Positions 31,926-43,205 of a DNA stretch of 64,000 bases are shown here, in pieces; positions within the stretch are counted from its first letter, which is position 1, and each line of letters starts with the position of its first letter. Made by a program: the position numbers and the translations under genes. Source of the stretch: Arcobacteraceae bacterium (lineage in GTDB: Bacteria > Campylobacterota > Campylobacteria > Campylobacterales > Arcobacteraceae); NCBI GenBank assembly GCA_048268245.1, contig JBLWVX010000009.1:1-64000 (forward strand), in the 5' to 3' direction. Under the pieces are notes generated by a model. That model saw nothing but the letters and a program-made list of their open reading frames with translations, was not told the origin of the DNA and searched no databases.

Positions 31926-34400
31926 TTATACCTTTGTCACTTTTGCTTTACTATATCTGTAAGTGTTAAATAAAGCTCTTGAAGCTGAGTTTTTCTCAAA
32001 AGTAGATACATATGCAATTTCACCATTAATTTGGATATCAACATAAGCATTTAACTCTAAAGTTTGACCATTTGCTTCAATTTTTACCTTATCACCCTCT
32101 TGTAACTCTAACTTATCAAATGCACTTTGAGAGAAGAAAACACCTGATTTTAAATCATCTTTAAATTCATGAGCAATAGCTGTAAATTCATTGAATTGAT
32201 TAATTGGATTAGCTTTATAAACTACTATTTCATCTTCTGCAAGCTCTAATTTAGATGACAAGTTTAATTCAACTTCATCACTAGCCTCGCTTACTAATAC
32301 AGATAAATCATATCCTCTATACTCAACTCTATCATTTCCAAATTCATTTGGTAATGAATCAAATTCTACTGCTTTAAATCCACCTGTAAGTGGTAATTGC
32401 TCTGTGTATTCAATTGTATATTCAACTTCATCATTTAACACTATATTTGCAATATCATTTAAGTTATAACCTTTATGAGCAAGTGCAGCGTTTGTAGGAA
32501 TAACTTTCTTATCTACATTTGTGAAAGTTCCTTCTTGTTGATTAAGTGCAGGAATATCTAAATCTCCATCACCTAAAGCAGATAATTCAAAGTCAGCTTT
32601 TTCATTGTACCCTACAACAAAACCACTCTCTTCTTTTGCTAAGTCACAAATTAAAGATACTCCAAGAGTATTTGTTTGAGTTGGTAAAATTACAATATCA
32701 AAAGCAGTATATCTATCAATAATTCCACATAGTTTTGCTAAATTTGTTGCATTTGGATGAGTGATTAAATCTTCACCAACAATTAGTGAGAATTTATCTT
32801 TTTTAGCAAGCATTGAATCAACTAATTCTAAGAAAGTTTCGTCTTTTCCAAACTCTTCAATAAATACGTTGTATTCAAATTCAACTTCTTTTTCAACTTT
32901 CTTAGGAACCATTTTTGAAACTTCTTTTTCTTCACCTGTTTCTTCATCTTTTACAATTTCAACAACTTTTTCTTTTACAGTTTCAACTACAGTTTTAGTT
33001 CTCATTTCAGTTTTTGAGTCAATAAACTCTTTGATTGATGCTGGTAAATCTTTTCCAAATTTATATAAAATAAAGTATAAAATAGCTTCTTGTGCCATTG
33101 CATCATGATAAATAAAGTCTGTTGTTTTACCTTTTTTACCAATTTTTTCCATAACAGGATCTGCTACTGGGTGGAAGTATAAAGCAGCACCTTTATTCAT
33201 AATAACTGAATTATTAAAGGCATATCTTGCATTTGGTAAGTCAGATTTTAAATATGAACCAACAGAAATTACAAAGTTAGCTTGGTGAACATCAGTTAAT
33301 GTTGATGAGTATAAAGATCTTCCAGATGTTGATGCATAATTCTTTAAGAATTCTTGGTATCTTCTAGCATCTTCATTTACAAGTCTAGCACCTCTTTGTT
33401 TTGCAAGTTTTTGTAAGATTAAAGCTTCTTCATTTGTGATGTATGAGTTAAATTTAATAGTATCAGCTTTACTAAATGCTTCAATAGCTTTATTAAATGC
33501 TACTTCATCTTTTGCTTCAACTTTGTTTTCAAAATCATATGCAAATCTTCCAGCACCATTTACAGTAGAGAAATGAGGTTCATTTGTAACTCTATAAATT
33601 CTCTTTTGAGCATGGTTATCTATAGATTCTTGTTTGATTTCATAATACATAAATGCACAATCAGATGAGTGTGGATTAGCTGCTGGAATTTTCTTTAATT
33701 CCCAAGCATTTGAAGTATATTGGAAGTCATGAGATACTAAAGCACCTACTGGACAAGCTGAAATACACTCACCACAATCAGTACATGCATCACTGTCATA
33801 TCCAATTAATGATTTATTTAATTTATTCCACATTGCATAAGCATCTTTTGGCATTTCTGCTTTAAATGTCTTATCAATTGCATCTGCACCTCTTTTTACA
33901 GTAGATAGTGCGTTTGATCCAACCATATCTTTACATACAGTTACACATCTTTCACATACAATACAAAGTGCTGGATCATAGTTCATAACACCCCAGTGTT
34001 GTGTTGGTCTATGAATATCTTTTATACTATAGCTTTGTGAGTCAACATTCATGTATAAAGAGTAGTTTTGTAATTCACACTCTCCACTTTGGTCACAAAC
34101 ACCACACTGTAATGGATGGTTTACATCGTAAACTTCCATAATTGCACGTCTTTCTTTAGCAATATTAGGAGTAACAGTTGAGATGTCCATCCCCTCTTTA
34201 ATCTTAGTATTACAACCATAAACTTGTTTTCCATCTGCTTCAACAAGACATAGTCTACATGCTAAAGTTGGTGAACATCTAGTTAAATAACAAACCGCAG
34301 GAACAAATATATCATTTGCTCTTGCTGTATTTAAGATAGTTTCACCATCTTTTGCCTCTACAGACTTACCATCTATTGTTAATGTAATCATATCACTCAT
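31926..34400 (-). CDS. nuoG: NADH-quinone oxidoreductase subunit G
   Basis: ACRLCLVE, NHPLQCGVCDQSGECELQ, CIVCERC and CTDCGECISACPVGAL motifs. Confidence 0.95.
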   Translation of the reverse strand: MSDMITLTIDGKSVEAKDGETILNTARANDIFVPAVCYLTRCSPTLACRLCLVEADGKQVYGCNTKIKEGMDISTVTPNIAKERRAIMEVYDVNHPLQCGVCDQSGECELQNYSLYMNVDSQSYSIKDIHRPTQHWGVMNYDPALCIVCERCVTVCKDMVGSNALSTVKRGADAIDKTFKAEMPKDAYAMWNKLNKSLIGYDSDACTDCGECISACPVGALVSHDFQYTSNAWELKKIPAANPHSSDCAFMYYEIKQESIDNHAQKRIYRVTNEPHFSTVNGAGRFAYDFENKVEAKDEVAFNKAIEAFSKADTIKFNSYITNEEALILQKLAKQRGARLVNEDARRYQEFLKNYASTSGRSLYSSTLTDVHQANFVISVGSYLKSDLPNARYAFNNSVIMNKGAALYFHPVADPVMEKIGKKGKTTDFIYHDAMAQEAILYFILYKFGKDLPASIKEFIDSKTEMRTKTVVETVKEKVVEIVKDEETGEEKEVSKMVPKKVEKEVEFEYNVFIEEFGKDETFLELVDSMLAKKDKFSLIVGEDLITHPNATNLAKLCGIIDRYTAFDIVILPTQTNTLGVSLICDLAKEESGFVVGYNEKADFELSALGDGDLDIPALNQQEGTFTNVDKKVIPTNAALAHKGYNLNDIANIVLNDEVEYTIEYTEQLPLTGGFKAVEFDSLPNEFGNDRVEYRGYDLSVLVSEASDEVELNLSSKLELAEDEIVVYKANPINQFNEFTAIAHEFKDDLKSGVFFSQSAFDKLELQEGDKVKIEANGQTLELNAYVDIQINGEIAYVSTFEKNSASRALFNTYRYSKAKVTKV

Positions 34401-35209
34401 TATGCATCAACCTTTTCTATTTTTACTTGCTTATATCTATAACCTTTAAAAAGTTCACTCTCACAGTTTAAACTTTTTGCTATTGATACAGTACCATTTA
34501 ACTTATCATCAACTTTTAAAACTCTTTTTGTTTTTTCACCTGCAAAGTTAATAAAAACTTCATTACCATCTTGAACTTTTGCAATATTAGCAAAAGATTG
34601 ACTACAAGATAAAATATCATTCTCTTCTTCATCAATCAATCTATAAACTAATGTTCCGTTATATGATTTTAAGTCTTCTATTTCTTCTAAGTCAAAGTTT
34701 TCACAAGAGTTAACTTTTTGTTCTAAATCCTTATTTAAAACTACAATATTTAAATCTGAATACTTTTTAATTACAGCTAGAAGTTTTACAATATTCTCAA
34801 TTCTATCATGTTCAATAATATCATCACCAACAATTAGTGTTTTGAAAGAAGACTCTTTTGATGCCTCATAAACTTCTTCAAACTCTTCTTCCCCTGCACT
34901 ACTTTCTGCTGAAACATACCCTAAATCTAAATCATCAATATAAGCTTTTACTTCTTTATCACAATCTTTTACAAAAGCATCAAGAAGTAAAGCGCAAATA
35001 CCTTCTTCACTTCCTACTTCATATTTTATAAACTGTGTATAATAAAGCTTAATATCAATATTATCAATTGGATGCATATAAACAAATTTTGCGTTTGTTT
35101 TTGCTATTGATTCAATAATTGAGTCTCTGTAAGCCTCTTTATTATTAGAAAGCATTGTTCCTAAAGTAATTACAAAATCACTTTTAGCAATTAGCTCTTT
35201 TTTATCCAT
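34400..35209 (-). CDS. Campylobacterota-type complex I subunit in the NuoF position (no FMN/NADH or Fe-S motifs)
   Basis: Position between the NuoE-slot gene and nuoG; YEVGSEEG and LDLGYVSAES; lacks canonical NuoF signatures. Confidence 0.75.
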   Translation of the reverse strand: MDKKELIAKSDFVITLGTMLSNNKEAYRDSIIESIAKTNAKFVYMHPIDNIDIKLYYTQFIKYEVGSEEGICALLLDAFVKDCDKEVKAYIDDLDLGYVSAESSAGEEEFEEVYEASKESSFKTLIVGDDIIEHDRIENIVKLLAVIKKYSDLNIVVLNKDLEQKVNSCENFDLEEIEDLKSYNGTLVYRLIDEEENDILSCSQSFANIAKVQDGNEVFINFAGEKTKRVLKVDDKLNGTVSIAKSLNCESELFKGYRYKQVKIEKVDA

Positions 35210-35484
35210 TATTTAGCATCCTGTGAAGCTTCTTCTTCAACTTCTTTTGGTTCAGGCTTAACTTTCTTTACAACTAAAGTCCAATCAACTTCATTGAATT
35301 TAATAGAGTTCATTAAAGTATATCCTGCTTCATAAATAACATCAGCAGATTTTTGGATATTTTCAAAATCACCAATCTCAAACATAATAATAGCCGTTTC
35401 ACCATCAGCAATTTGAGTATCCATAAGCTCTAACATTCTGTCATAGAAGTCGTTTTTTAAATGTCTTAAATCAAATCTTTTCAT
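35209..35484 (-). CDS. Campylobacterota-type small complex I subunit in the NuoE position
   Basis: MKRFDLRHLK..F, FEIGDF and LMNSIKFNEVDW; no cysteines. Confidence 0.8.
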   Translation of the reverse strand: MKRFDLRHLKNDFYDRMLELMDTQIADGETAIIMFEIGDFENIQKSADVIYEAGYTLMNSIKFNEVDWTLVVKKVKPEPKEVEEEASQDAK

Positions 35485-35496
35485 ACTTCTATTCCC

Positions 35497-36729
35497 CTAT
35501 CTATCAATTTCACCAAATACGATGTTTAGGTTACCAATAATAGTAACAACGTCAGCTAATTGTGTTCCTACTAGAATCTCTTCTAAGATTGCAGTATGTT
35601 GGAAACTTGGTGTTCTCATTTTAAGTCTATAAGCGTATGGTGTTCCATCACTTACTACATAATATCCTAACTCACCCTTTGGTGATTCAGTTGCAACATA
35701 AACTTCACCTTTTGGTGGTCTCATACCTTGTGTTACAAGTACAAAGTGTTGCATTAAAGAGTAGTTTTGAGTCATAATTTGCTCTTTTGGAGCTGAAATA
35801 TACTCAGGAGCGTGAGCCATAAGTTGAGATTCACTTTCCATGTACATTGGGAATAATTGTCTTAAAATTTTAGCAGACTCTCTAATCTCAGCAATACAAA
35901 GTTTGTATCTACCATAAGAGTCACAAGTTTCAGAAATTGGAACATCAAAATCTAATTCATCATAAATACCATAAGGCATCTCTTTTCTTAGGTCCCATTT
36001 AATACCAGCACCTCTTAAAGGAATACCTGAACATCCCCAATCTTTTGCCATTTGAGGTGTAATAACTCCTACATTTTCAAGTCTCATTTTCCAGATTCTA
36101 TTTTCTGTTAATAAACCTTCATATTTTTCTAACTCTTCATGTAAGATCTTTAAGAATGACTCACAATCATCAATCCAGTTAGATGGTAAGTCTAAAGGAA
36201 CTCCACCAATTCTAACAGCTGAGTGTGTAAGCCTTGCACCACAATAGTCTTCAATTAAGTCCATTGCGTATTCTCTTTCTCTAAAACAGTATAAGAACAT
36301 CGACATAGCACCAACATCAAGTGCATGAGTTGCTAACCAGAATAAGTGAGAAGTAATTCTATTTAATTCTAAAAGCATAGTTCTAATAATCTCTGCTCTT
36401 CTTGGTGCTTCAATACCAAGTAACTTTTCAATAGCTAAAGCATAACCATAGTTATTAGAAGTTGCAGCGATATAGTCCATTCTGTCTGTAGTTGGTAAGA
36501 ATTCATTATAAATCATATTCTCAGCCATTTTTTCCATACCTCTATGAAGGTATCCAATTAATGGTCTTGATTTTACAACTTCCTCACCTTGTAATTCTAA
36601 AGCAAGTCTTAACTGACCGTGAGCTGATGGGTGTTGAGGCCCAAAGTTCACCATCATTGTGTTATCTTCTCTCTCGAAGTTTATATTTTCAAAAAAAGGT
36701 TTTAATCTATTTGGTTGTTGTGTTTGCAT
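35497..36729 (-). CDS. nuoD: NADH-quinone oxidoreductase subunit D
   Basis: [24 protein letters not shown] and FGEIDR motifs. Confidence 0.98.
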   Translation of the reverse strand: MQTQQPNRLKPFFENINFEREDNTMMVNFGPQHPSAHGQLRLALELQGEEVVKSRPLIGYLHRGMEKMAENMIYNEFLPTTDRMDYIAATSNNYGYALAIEKLLGIEAPRRAEIIRTMLLELNRITSHLFWLATHALDVGAMSMFLYCFREREYAMDLIEDYCGARLTHSAVRIGGVPLDLPSNWIDDCESFLKILHEELEKYEGLLTENRIWKMRLENVGVITPQMAKDWGCSGIPLRGAGIKWDLRKEMPYGIYDELDFDVPISETCDSYGRYKLCIAEIRESAKILRQLFPMYMESESQLMAHAPEYISAPKEQIMTQNYSLMQHFVLVTQGMRPPKGEVYVATESPKGELGYYVVSDGTPYAYRLKMRTPSFQHTAILEEILVGTQLADVVTIIGNLNIVFGEIDR

Positions 36730-36735
36730 ACTTTA

Positions 36736-37539
36736 TTACCTTCTTCTTTTTAAAACAACTGATTCTTCAGGTTTTAATTTTTTCATAATTGGTGTGGCAT
36801 TATCTTCTTGATAGTTAATAGCTGTTTCAGGCTCAAACTGTGAAATATCTGTATCATAAGGTACTTCATGTCCAAGTCTTGCAAATCTAGTTGTGTCATA
36901 TCTATCAATTGCTGCTGGATCTCTTTGTTCAGGTCCTATAATATCTCTAGCTTCTTTTCCGAAGATTTTATCAACTTCATACCATGAAGCTGCCTCATCA
37001 CCTTGAAGTGGATAAGTTTTTCTAAGTGGGTGATCATACCAATCATCTGGCATAATAATTCTTTTCATATTAGGATGATTTACTACTTTTACACCTAACA
37101 TATCATACATTTCTCTCTCAGACCAGTTTGCTGATTTAAATACAAAAGTTACAGATTCAACAGCATCATCTTTTTGTAAGAAACATTTGATTCTTAATCT
37201 TTTATGTTTTGATAATGATAGCATTTCATAGAATAGTTCATAACCATCTCTTTTAGCTAAGTAATCAATAGCTGATAATTCCATTAACATATCGTACTCA
37301 AGCTCATCTTTTAAAAGAGTCATTGCATCAACAATAGAGTTTTTATCTATGTGCATTACTAAATGAGTATGTTCAATATAAGCTTCTTTTACATCAATCT
37401 TTGATGAGAAAGACTCATAATCTTTTGCAAACTGCCCATCTTCATTTACATCAAGTCTTGGTAAACTTGGTGTTACATAAAATCTATCTGAGAAGTATGA
37501 TTTTCTTTGTACATCATCTTTTGGTTTATACTGTCTCAT
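36736..37539 (-). CDS. nuoC: NADH-quinone oxidoreductase subunit C
   Basis: ANWSEREMYDMLG and HPLRKTYPL motifs. Confidence 0.96.
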   Translation of the reverse strand: MRQYKPKDDVQRKSYFSDRFYVTPSLPRLDVNEDGQFAKDYESFSSKIDVKEAYIEHTHLVMHIDKNSIVDAMTLLKDELEYDMLMELSAIDYLAKRDGYELFYEMLSLSKHKRLRIKCFLQKDDAVESVTFVFKSANWSEREMYDMLGVKVVNHPNMKRIIMPDDWYDHPLRKTYPLQGDEAASWYEVDKIFGKEARDIIGPEQRDPAAIDRYDTTRFARLGHEVPYDTDISQFEPETAINYQEDNATPIMKKLKPEESVVLKRRR

Positions 37540-38048
37540 TAAACTAACCTTTTTTTCTTCTTAGCTCTAAAGATTGATTCTCTTCTAATCTTCTTTTGCA
37601 GAGTCATTAATGCATACTGTAATGTTTCTGGTCTTGGAGCACAACCTGGTAAATAAATATCAACAGGTACAATTCTATCTGCACCTTGAACTGTTGCATA
37701 AGTATTAAACATACCACCTGTATTAGCACATGATCCCATAGAAATCACCCATTTTGGATCAGGCATTTGATCATAAAGCCTTCTCATGAATTCAGCGTGT
37801 TTTTTAGTTAATGTACCAGCAATAATAATACAGTCAGATTGTCTTGGAGATGCTCTAAAGATAGTACCAAATCTATCGAAGTCATATCTTGAAGCACCAG
37901 TAGCCATCATCTCAATGGCACAACATGCTAATCCATAAGTCATAGGCCATATTGAGTTTGACCTACCAAAATTTACAAGCTTATCAATAGTTGTTAATTT
38001 TATAGGCGCTCCGCCATCTTGTAAATAATTTACTTTATGCTGTGCCAT
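37539..38048 (-). CDS. nuoB: NADH-quinone oxidoreductase subunit B
   Basis: [23 protein letters not shown] and PGCAPRPE motifs; start set at ATG 38048. Confidence 0.98.
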   Translation of the reverse strand: MAQHKVNYLQDGGAPIKLTTIDKLVNFGRSNSIWPMTYGLACCAIEMMATGASRYDFDRFGTIFRASPRQSDCIIIAGTLTKKHAEFMRRLYDQMPDPKWVISMGSCANTGGMFNTYATVQGADRIVPVDIYLPGCAPRPETLQYALMTLQKKIRRESIFRAKKKKRLV

Positions 38049-38419
38049 TCTAAGGCTCCTTTCTTCCATTCATATAGGAATCCTATTGATAAAATCGTGA
38101 TAAATAAAATCATTGCTACAAACCCAAACCAACCTAAAATTTTAAAGTTGATAGCCCATGGGAACATAAAAATAATTTCAACATCAAATAGAATGAATAG
38201 TAATGCAACTAAGTAGAACTGTGTAGAGATTGTATTTGGTTGCTTTGTAACCTCTGGTCCACACTCATATAGTGTAGTCTTAAGTTTCTCAGTATCAAGT
38301 CTAGCAATTTTCCTACTAATAAACCTTGATAACCATACAGTAGCACCAAATGCAGCAAATGTTACCACAAACATAACAAATGCACCGAAATAAGGATGTG
38401 CAAAATCCATATGTGTCAT
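38030..38419 (-). CDS. nuoA: NADH-quinone oxidoreductase subunit A
   Basis: YECG, FILFDVE and [10 protein letters not shown] motifs. Confidence 0.97.
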   Translation of the reverse strand: MTHMDFAHPYFGAFVMFVVTFAAFGATVWLSRFISRKIARLDTEKLKTTLYECGPEVTKQPNTISTQFYLVALLFILFDVEIIFMFPWAINFKILGWFGFVAMILFITILSIGFLYEWKKGALEWHSIK

Positions 38420-38704
38420 ATCGTATATCCTTTATAAAACTTTCTAAAAAAGTTTACTTGAAGCTTAAATATAGTACCTAAATAGTATTAAATAGCCACT
38501 TTAATAGTTATGGTATGATATTTCTATCCCAATAAAAAAAAGCTTATGGGCTATTTTTTTGCTACACATGTAATCAAATTGACACCAAATGAAACACTAT
38601 ACTTCTATACCAACTTTTTATAGTCTTTTAGAACCATTATAAAAGAAGTATCTAAAATTGGTATGATAAACTTACATATAATTATTACAAAAAATACACT
38701 TTTC

Positions 38705-38736
38705 ATGTTTCAAAATCTCAATGTTTCAAAATTTCA
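38705..38736. repeat. Tandem 16-bp direct repeat upstream of nuoA
   Basis: ATGTTTCAAAATCTCA followed by ATGTTTCAAAATTTCA (15/16 identical). Confidence 0.7.
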
Positions 38737-38900
38737 CATATTTACTTTTTTTTCTAACTTTATATATTCTTTAAATTTTTACATTAGTTTATTTTTTTAA
38801 TTTGAGCTGTTTTGAACAAAAAAGTATTTTTTTTAGTTTTTCTTTGGAGAAGATGAGAATATTTTTCAAAGAAGTAAAAGTTTACTTCTTTGTTTTTCGA

Positions 38901-40634
38901 TTAAAAAAAGCCTACTTTATTTTCAGAATCAAACTGACCTTTTTGCTCTTTTTGAATCTGTTCTTTGAAGTCTTCAACTTTAAATATTGGATCATCACTA
39001 ACTGCTAATTTATATGCAGTGTTTTTTATAATAAGCTCAATTTGTCCACCTGTTAACTCATAAGAAGCTAACTCTTCTAAATCAAAGTTTTCATCAAGTG
39101 GTAAAGCCTCAGGTAAAAGCTTTTTCCAAAGTAATACTCTTTGAGCTTTATTTGGTTTCATAAACTCAATTTTGTAGTTGAATCTTCTTGAAAATGCTTT
39201 ATCTAAGTTTTCAAGTAAGTTAGTTGTTGCTATTAAAATTCCATCAAATCTCTCAATTTGTTCTAAGAAAATATTTTGCATTTGGTTGTGCATTTTATCA
39301 CTACCACTTCCAGCACCTGTTGTTCTTGAACTTAAGAATTGATCTGCTTCATTTAAAAGTAAAATTGGCTCTGATTTGGAGATTTCTCTAAGTTCGTAAT
39401 ACTTATCAAAAATAGCTCTTACATTCTTTTCACTCTCACCTACATACATAGAAAGTATTTTTGAACAATCAAAACTAAGAACTTCTTTTTTAAGTGATTT
39501 AGCCATTGCTAAAGCTGTTAAAGTTTTACCAGTTCCTGCAACACCATAGAAAATGATTTTTGCATCAATTCCTCTTTTTTTATCTTTAATTCCCCATTGC
39601 TTTAATCTGTTTGCAACTGTTTTATCTACTTGCTGTAGTAAAGCCTCTAAAGTCTCTTTTGTTTTATCATTTAAAACCACATCATCCAAGCTTTTAGATG
39701 TATTTACAAGCTCAAACATATCTTGGTCTTTGATAACTGAGTCTAGTTTGATTTTTGTTCTTCTAGTTTTTTTCTTTGTTGGGTGAGAGATTTTATATAA
39801 AATCTCATCAGGAATATAGAAGTTTCTGTTTATTCCACCAAAAGCTGTAAGAACTTCATCATAATCAACTAAACCTTTTGATACTAAGTTTGAACTTTCT
39901 TCAAGTAAACTTCTATATTTTATTTTTTCATAGTCATCAGATGAAATTAGTTCAATTAAGGCATTCATATCTCTAATCGAACCATCACCACCTGAATACT
40001 CTTCTTTTAATAAAGCTAAAAATAGTGTTTGTTCTTGATCACCTAAATCATTCTCTTTAAAAAAATCTTCAAGCATTATTGAACTATTTGTTACTTTTAC
40101 TCTCTCTTTAATTCTATTTTCTAGTAAAACAAGTTTTGATTTTAACCTATTTGAACTAGGAGAATTAATATCAAAGTTCTTTCTAACTACATTTAGTTGT
40201 TGTACTAAATCTATCTTGAAAAATTGATCTTGTAAATACTCTAAATGATCGCTGTAGCTTTTGATTTCAGGAAGAATAAAATCCCCTGAGATATTCTCAA
40301 ATAGTTTTAAATATGAACTAGAAAGTGCAATATTTGAGTTTAATAATTCAAGTTTTGAAACTTCATTTAACTTTATTTGATCAAAAGCAACTTGAACTAA
40401 CCAGCCACATTCTAAAAGGGATTTGATTAAGTCTAATTTATCTAAGTGTTCATACTCTTTTATGTCGCAAAATTCAGATAATACATCTATTACTATTAAA
40501 GTGTCTCTACCTTTCACATACTCTTTTGTTAAGTATTGAAGTAAAAGACCTTCATCTTTTTTACATTTTAACCTTTTATAAAAATTTGTCTTTGTAATAT
40601 CCGAAGCTTTTATAAAATTAACTAATTCTTTCAT
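38901..40634 (-). CDS. AAA+ family ATPase
   Basis: Walker A GVAGTGKT, SMYVGESEK, Walker B variant LLLNEAD, ATTN and DKAFSRRF. Confidence 0.9.
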   Translation of the reverse strand: MKELVNFIKASDITKTNFYKRLKCKKDEGLLLQYLTKEYVKGRDTLIVIDVLSEFCDIKEYEHLDKLDLIKSLLECGWLVQVAFDQIKLNEVSKLELLNSNIALSSSYLKLFENISGDFILPEIKSYSDHLEYLQDQFFKIDLVQQLNVVRKNFDINSPSSNRLKSKLVLLENRIKERVKVTNSSIMLEDFFKENDLGDQEQTLFLALLKEEYSGGDGSIRDMNALIELISSDDYEKIKYRSLLEESSNLVSKGLVDYDEVLTAFGGINRNFYIPDEILYKISHPTKKKTRRTKIKLDSVIKDQDMFELVNTSKSLDDVVLNDKTKETLEALLQQVDKTVANRLKQWGIKDKKRGIDAKIIFYGVAGTGKTLTALAMAKSLKKEVLSFDCSKILSMYVGESEKNVRAIFDKYYELREISKSEPILLLNEADQFLSSRTTGAGSGSDKMHNQMQNIFLEQIERFDGILIATTNLLENLDKAFSRRFNYKIEFMKPNKAQRVLLWKKLLPEALPLDENFDLEELASYELTGGQIELIIKNTAYKLAVSDDPIFKVEDFKEQIQKEQKGQFDSENKVGFF

Positions 40635-40816
40635 CTATTTAAAATATCCTATATAATATATGTGTAATCTTTGATAATACATTAAATTCTCTTAACTACT
40701 AATGAGCTGTTAAAATTAACTTAAAAATTATAATATTGTTGCATATAAATTATTATTTAAGAATAATTTATCTAAGATATCATATTTTTAAATTATAATT
40801 ATAATAAGGAATACTC

Positions 40817-43195
40817 ATGAAGAATAGTCTTATAGCTTTATTTGCTTTGATTTTTTTTACTGCTTGTTCGATCTCTAACATAAATCAAAATAGCATTAGT
40901 CCAAAAGAAGAGTTAATAAAAGCTTCACAAAATGGTGATTTAAATGCTATGTATCAATTAAAAGAACATTATAAATTTCCAGAAACAAAAGAAGGATTAT
41001 ACTATTTTGATAAATGGTATAAAAATATCAATAGTAAAAACAATGCCCAAGAGATTACAAAGGTAGCAAAAATCTATGATGAATATGCTGATATGTTTAT
41101 CAATGGAAACCAAAAAGCTCATGAACTTTTTAAATTAGCAGCAAGCCTTGGTGATAATGGTGCAAATATAGAACTAATAAAGTCTTATTTAAAAGTTTAT
41201 AAAAGAGAAGAAGCTAAAGCTTTAGAAGATAAAATAATTAACTCTTTAAACGAAAAGCAAATGCAAGAACTATACTTATTTTATTCTAAGAACTACTTTT
41301 CAAGACAAACTGAAAATATCGAAAAGATTATGAAAGAAAAATCTTTTGAACTTCCTATTGAAGCTATCATAACAAAGATTAGAAGAAGCAGTTATAGAAA
41401 AAGTGAAGAAAAAAAAGTCAATGAGCTAATAAACTCTATTTTAGATAAAAAAAATAGTGAAGACATTTATAAAGTTGCAAATTTATTTTACAAAAAATAT
41501 AGATTTAAAAAAGCAATACCTCTTTATGAAAAGGTACTTGAACTAGACCCTAAAAACCAAAAAGCTCTAATTGAGTTAGGAAGTATTTATAATAAAGGGA
41601 ACTATAGAGAGAAACTTGAAAAAAGTAGTGACAAAGCCCAAGAGTATCTTGAAAAAGCTTCAGTTTTAGGAAATGAGGAAGCAACTTCTAAACTTCTAAA
41701 AAGTTATGCATATGATAAAAAATATTTAGATAAATACTTTACATTAAAACAGAATCTTGAAAAATCACAAGATGGCAAACTAATGCTTGCTAAATTTTAT
41801 AAAGAAAAAAGAGAATATACAAAAGCTTATAATATTTTTGAAGAATTAGCAAATGATGGAATTCATGAAGCAATTGTAGAACTTGCAATAAATAGAAATT
41901 CTAGGTATAGATTTAATCCAGAAACTCATGCTAGAACAAAAAAATGGCAAGACTATATCTACAACTCAAAAGATGAAAAACTAAAAGAAAAATATAAAAA
42001 GATAATTTCAGACCCTTATAAAAAAAGATACTTTAAAGAAGAAAATGAAAAATACTCTACAAATAAACTTGAAACAGATAATATCTTTGAATTAAGAAAT
42101 GTTTTTAGAGATTATAAATACAAAGACAAAGATTTAGCACTAAAGGCTATAAAAAAAGCTGTAGAATTTGGAGATGTGAAAAGTACTTACTCTCTTATTA
42201 ACTTTTACAAAAGAGATAGTAAATACAAAGATTTCAATAAAGCCTTAGAGCTTTTAAAATCTTTAGAAAAAAGAGGTGAGAAAAAAGCGACTAAAGAGCT
42301 TGCTGATTTATATTTCAACCCTCCATATGGACTTAAAAAGTATAAAGATGAAGAAAAAGCTATCAAGCTTTATGAAAAACTTGCAGAGCAAGGAAACTAT
42401 CAGGCTTTAAGAAAACTTGTAGATATATATCTTTGTGGAAGATGTGAAGGAAATAGAACAGACCATAAAAAAGCAAAATACTTCCTTGAGAAGTTAGCAC
42501 CAAGAGGATACTCTTATGACTTAGCTAATTTAGGTTGGGTAAATCAATATGGTGTTGGAGTAAAAAGAGACCTTCAAAAAGCAAAAGAGCTATATGAACA
42601 AGCTGCTCAAAAAGGCTATACTACTGCTTATTATTATCTTACTTGGCTTTACTATCAAGATGAAGAATCGCCAAAAGATACAATGATAAAACTTGATTAT
42701 AAAAAAGCCTTAGAATACTTAAAAAAAGGTCATGAAAGAAAAGACTACAGAGCTACAAATCTAATAGGTGTTTTTTATGAAAAAGGTTTTGGAGTAAAAA
42801 AAGATAGAGAAAAAGCTGTATCTTACTATAAAATGGCTGCTTCAAAAGATATGTTTGCGGCTTATCATTTAGGACAATACTACTATGATATAAAAGATTA
42901 TGAAAAAGCTGCTAAACAATATAAGCAAGCTGAAGATAAGGGACATAAAGCAGCTATTGTAAAACTTGGAATTATGTATGAGAAAGGTCTTTTAGGAAAA
43001 GTTGATATAGAAAAAGCATTAAACTATTACACAAAAGCTTATAAACAATATGATGATAAAGTTGCAGCATATAATATTGGTCTTATTTTCCATTATGGAA
43101 AAGGTGGTACAAAAAAAGATGTTAAAGTAGCTAAGCAATGGTATGAAAAAGCAGGTACAGAAAATGCTAAAAAGCAACTAAAACTTTTAAAATAA
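40817..43195 (+). CDS. Sel1/TPR-repeat lipoprotein
   Basis: Lipobox FTAC; repeated LG..Y..G.GV.KD..KA..Y..AA units. Confidence 0.88.
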   Translation: MKNSLIALFALIFFTACSISNINQNSISPKEELIKASQNGDLNAMYQLKEHYKFPETKEGLYYFDKWYKNINSKNNAQEITKVAKIYDEYADMFINGNQKAHELFKLAASLGDNGANIELIKSYLKVYKREEAKALEDKIINSLNEKQMQELYLFYSKNYFSRQTENIEKIMKEKSFELPIEAIITKIRRSSYRKSEEKKVNELINSILDKKNSEDIYKVANLFYKKYRFKKAIPLYEKVLELDPKNQKALIELGSIYNKGNYREKLEKSSDKAQEYLEKASVLGNEEATSKLLKSYAYDKKYLDKYFTLKQNLEKSQDGKLMLAKFYKEKREYTKAYNIFEELANDGIHEAIVELAINRNSRYRFNPETHARTKKWQDYIYNSKDEKLKEKYKKIISDPYKKRYFKEENEKYSTNKLETDNIFELRNVFRDYKYKDKDLALKAIKKAVEFGDVKSTYSLINFYKRDSKYKDFNKALELLKSLEKRGEKKATKELADLYFNPPYGLKKYKDEEKAIKLYEKLAEQGNYQALRKLVDIYLCGRCEGNRTDHKKAKYFLEKLAPRGYSYDLANLGWVNQYGVGVKRDLQKAKELYEQAAQKGYTTAYYYLTWLYYQDEESPKDTMIKLDYKKALEYLKKGHERKDYRATNLIGVFYEKGFGVKKDREKAVSYYKMAASKDMFAAYHLGQYYYDIKDYEKAAKQYKQAEDKGHKAAIVKLGIMYEKGLLGKVDIEKALNYYTKAYKQYDDKVAAYNIGLIFHYGKGGTKKDVKVAKQWYEKAGTENAKKQLKLLK

Positions 43196-43205
43196 AGAAG
43201 TAACT

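Noticed and set aside
34400..35484. Missing canonical nuoE/nuoF as pseudogenisation
   Set aside because: Both ORFs are intact, and this replacement is the known Campylobacterota complex I configuration
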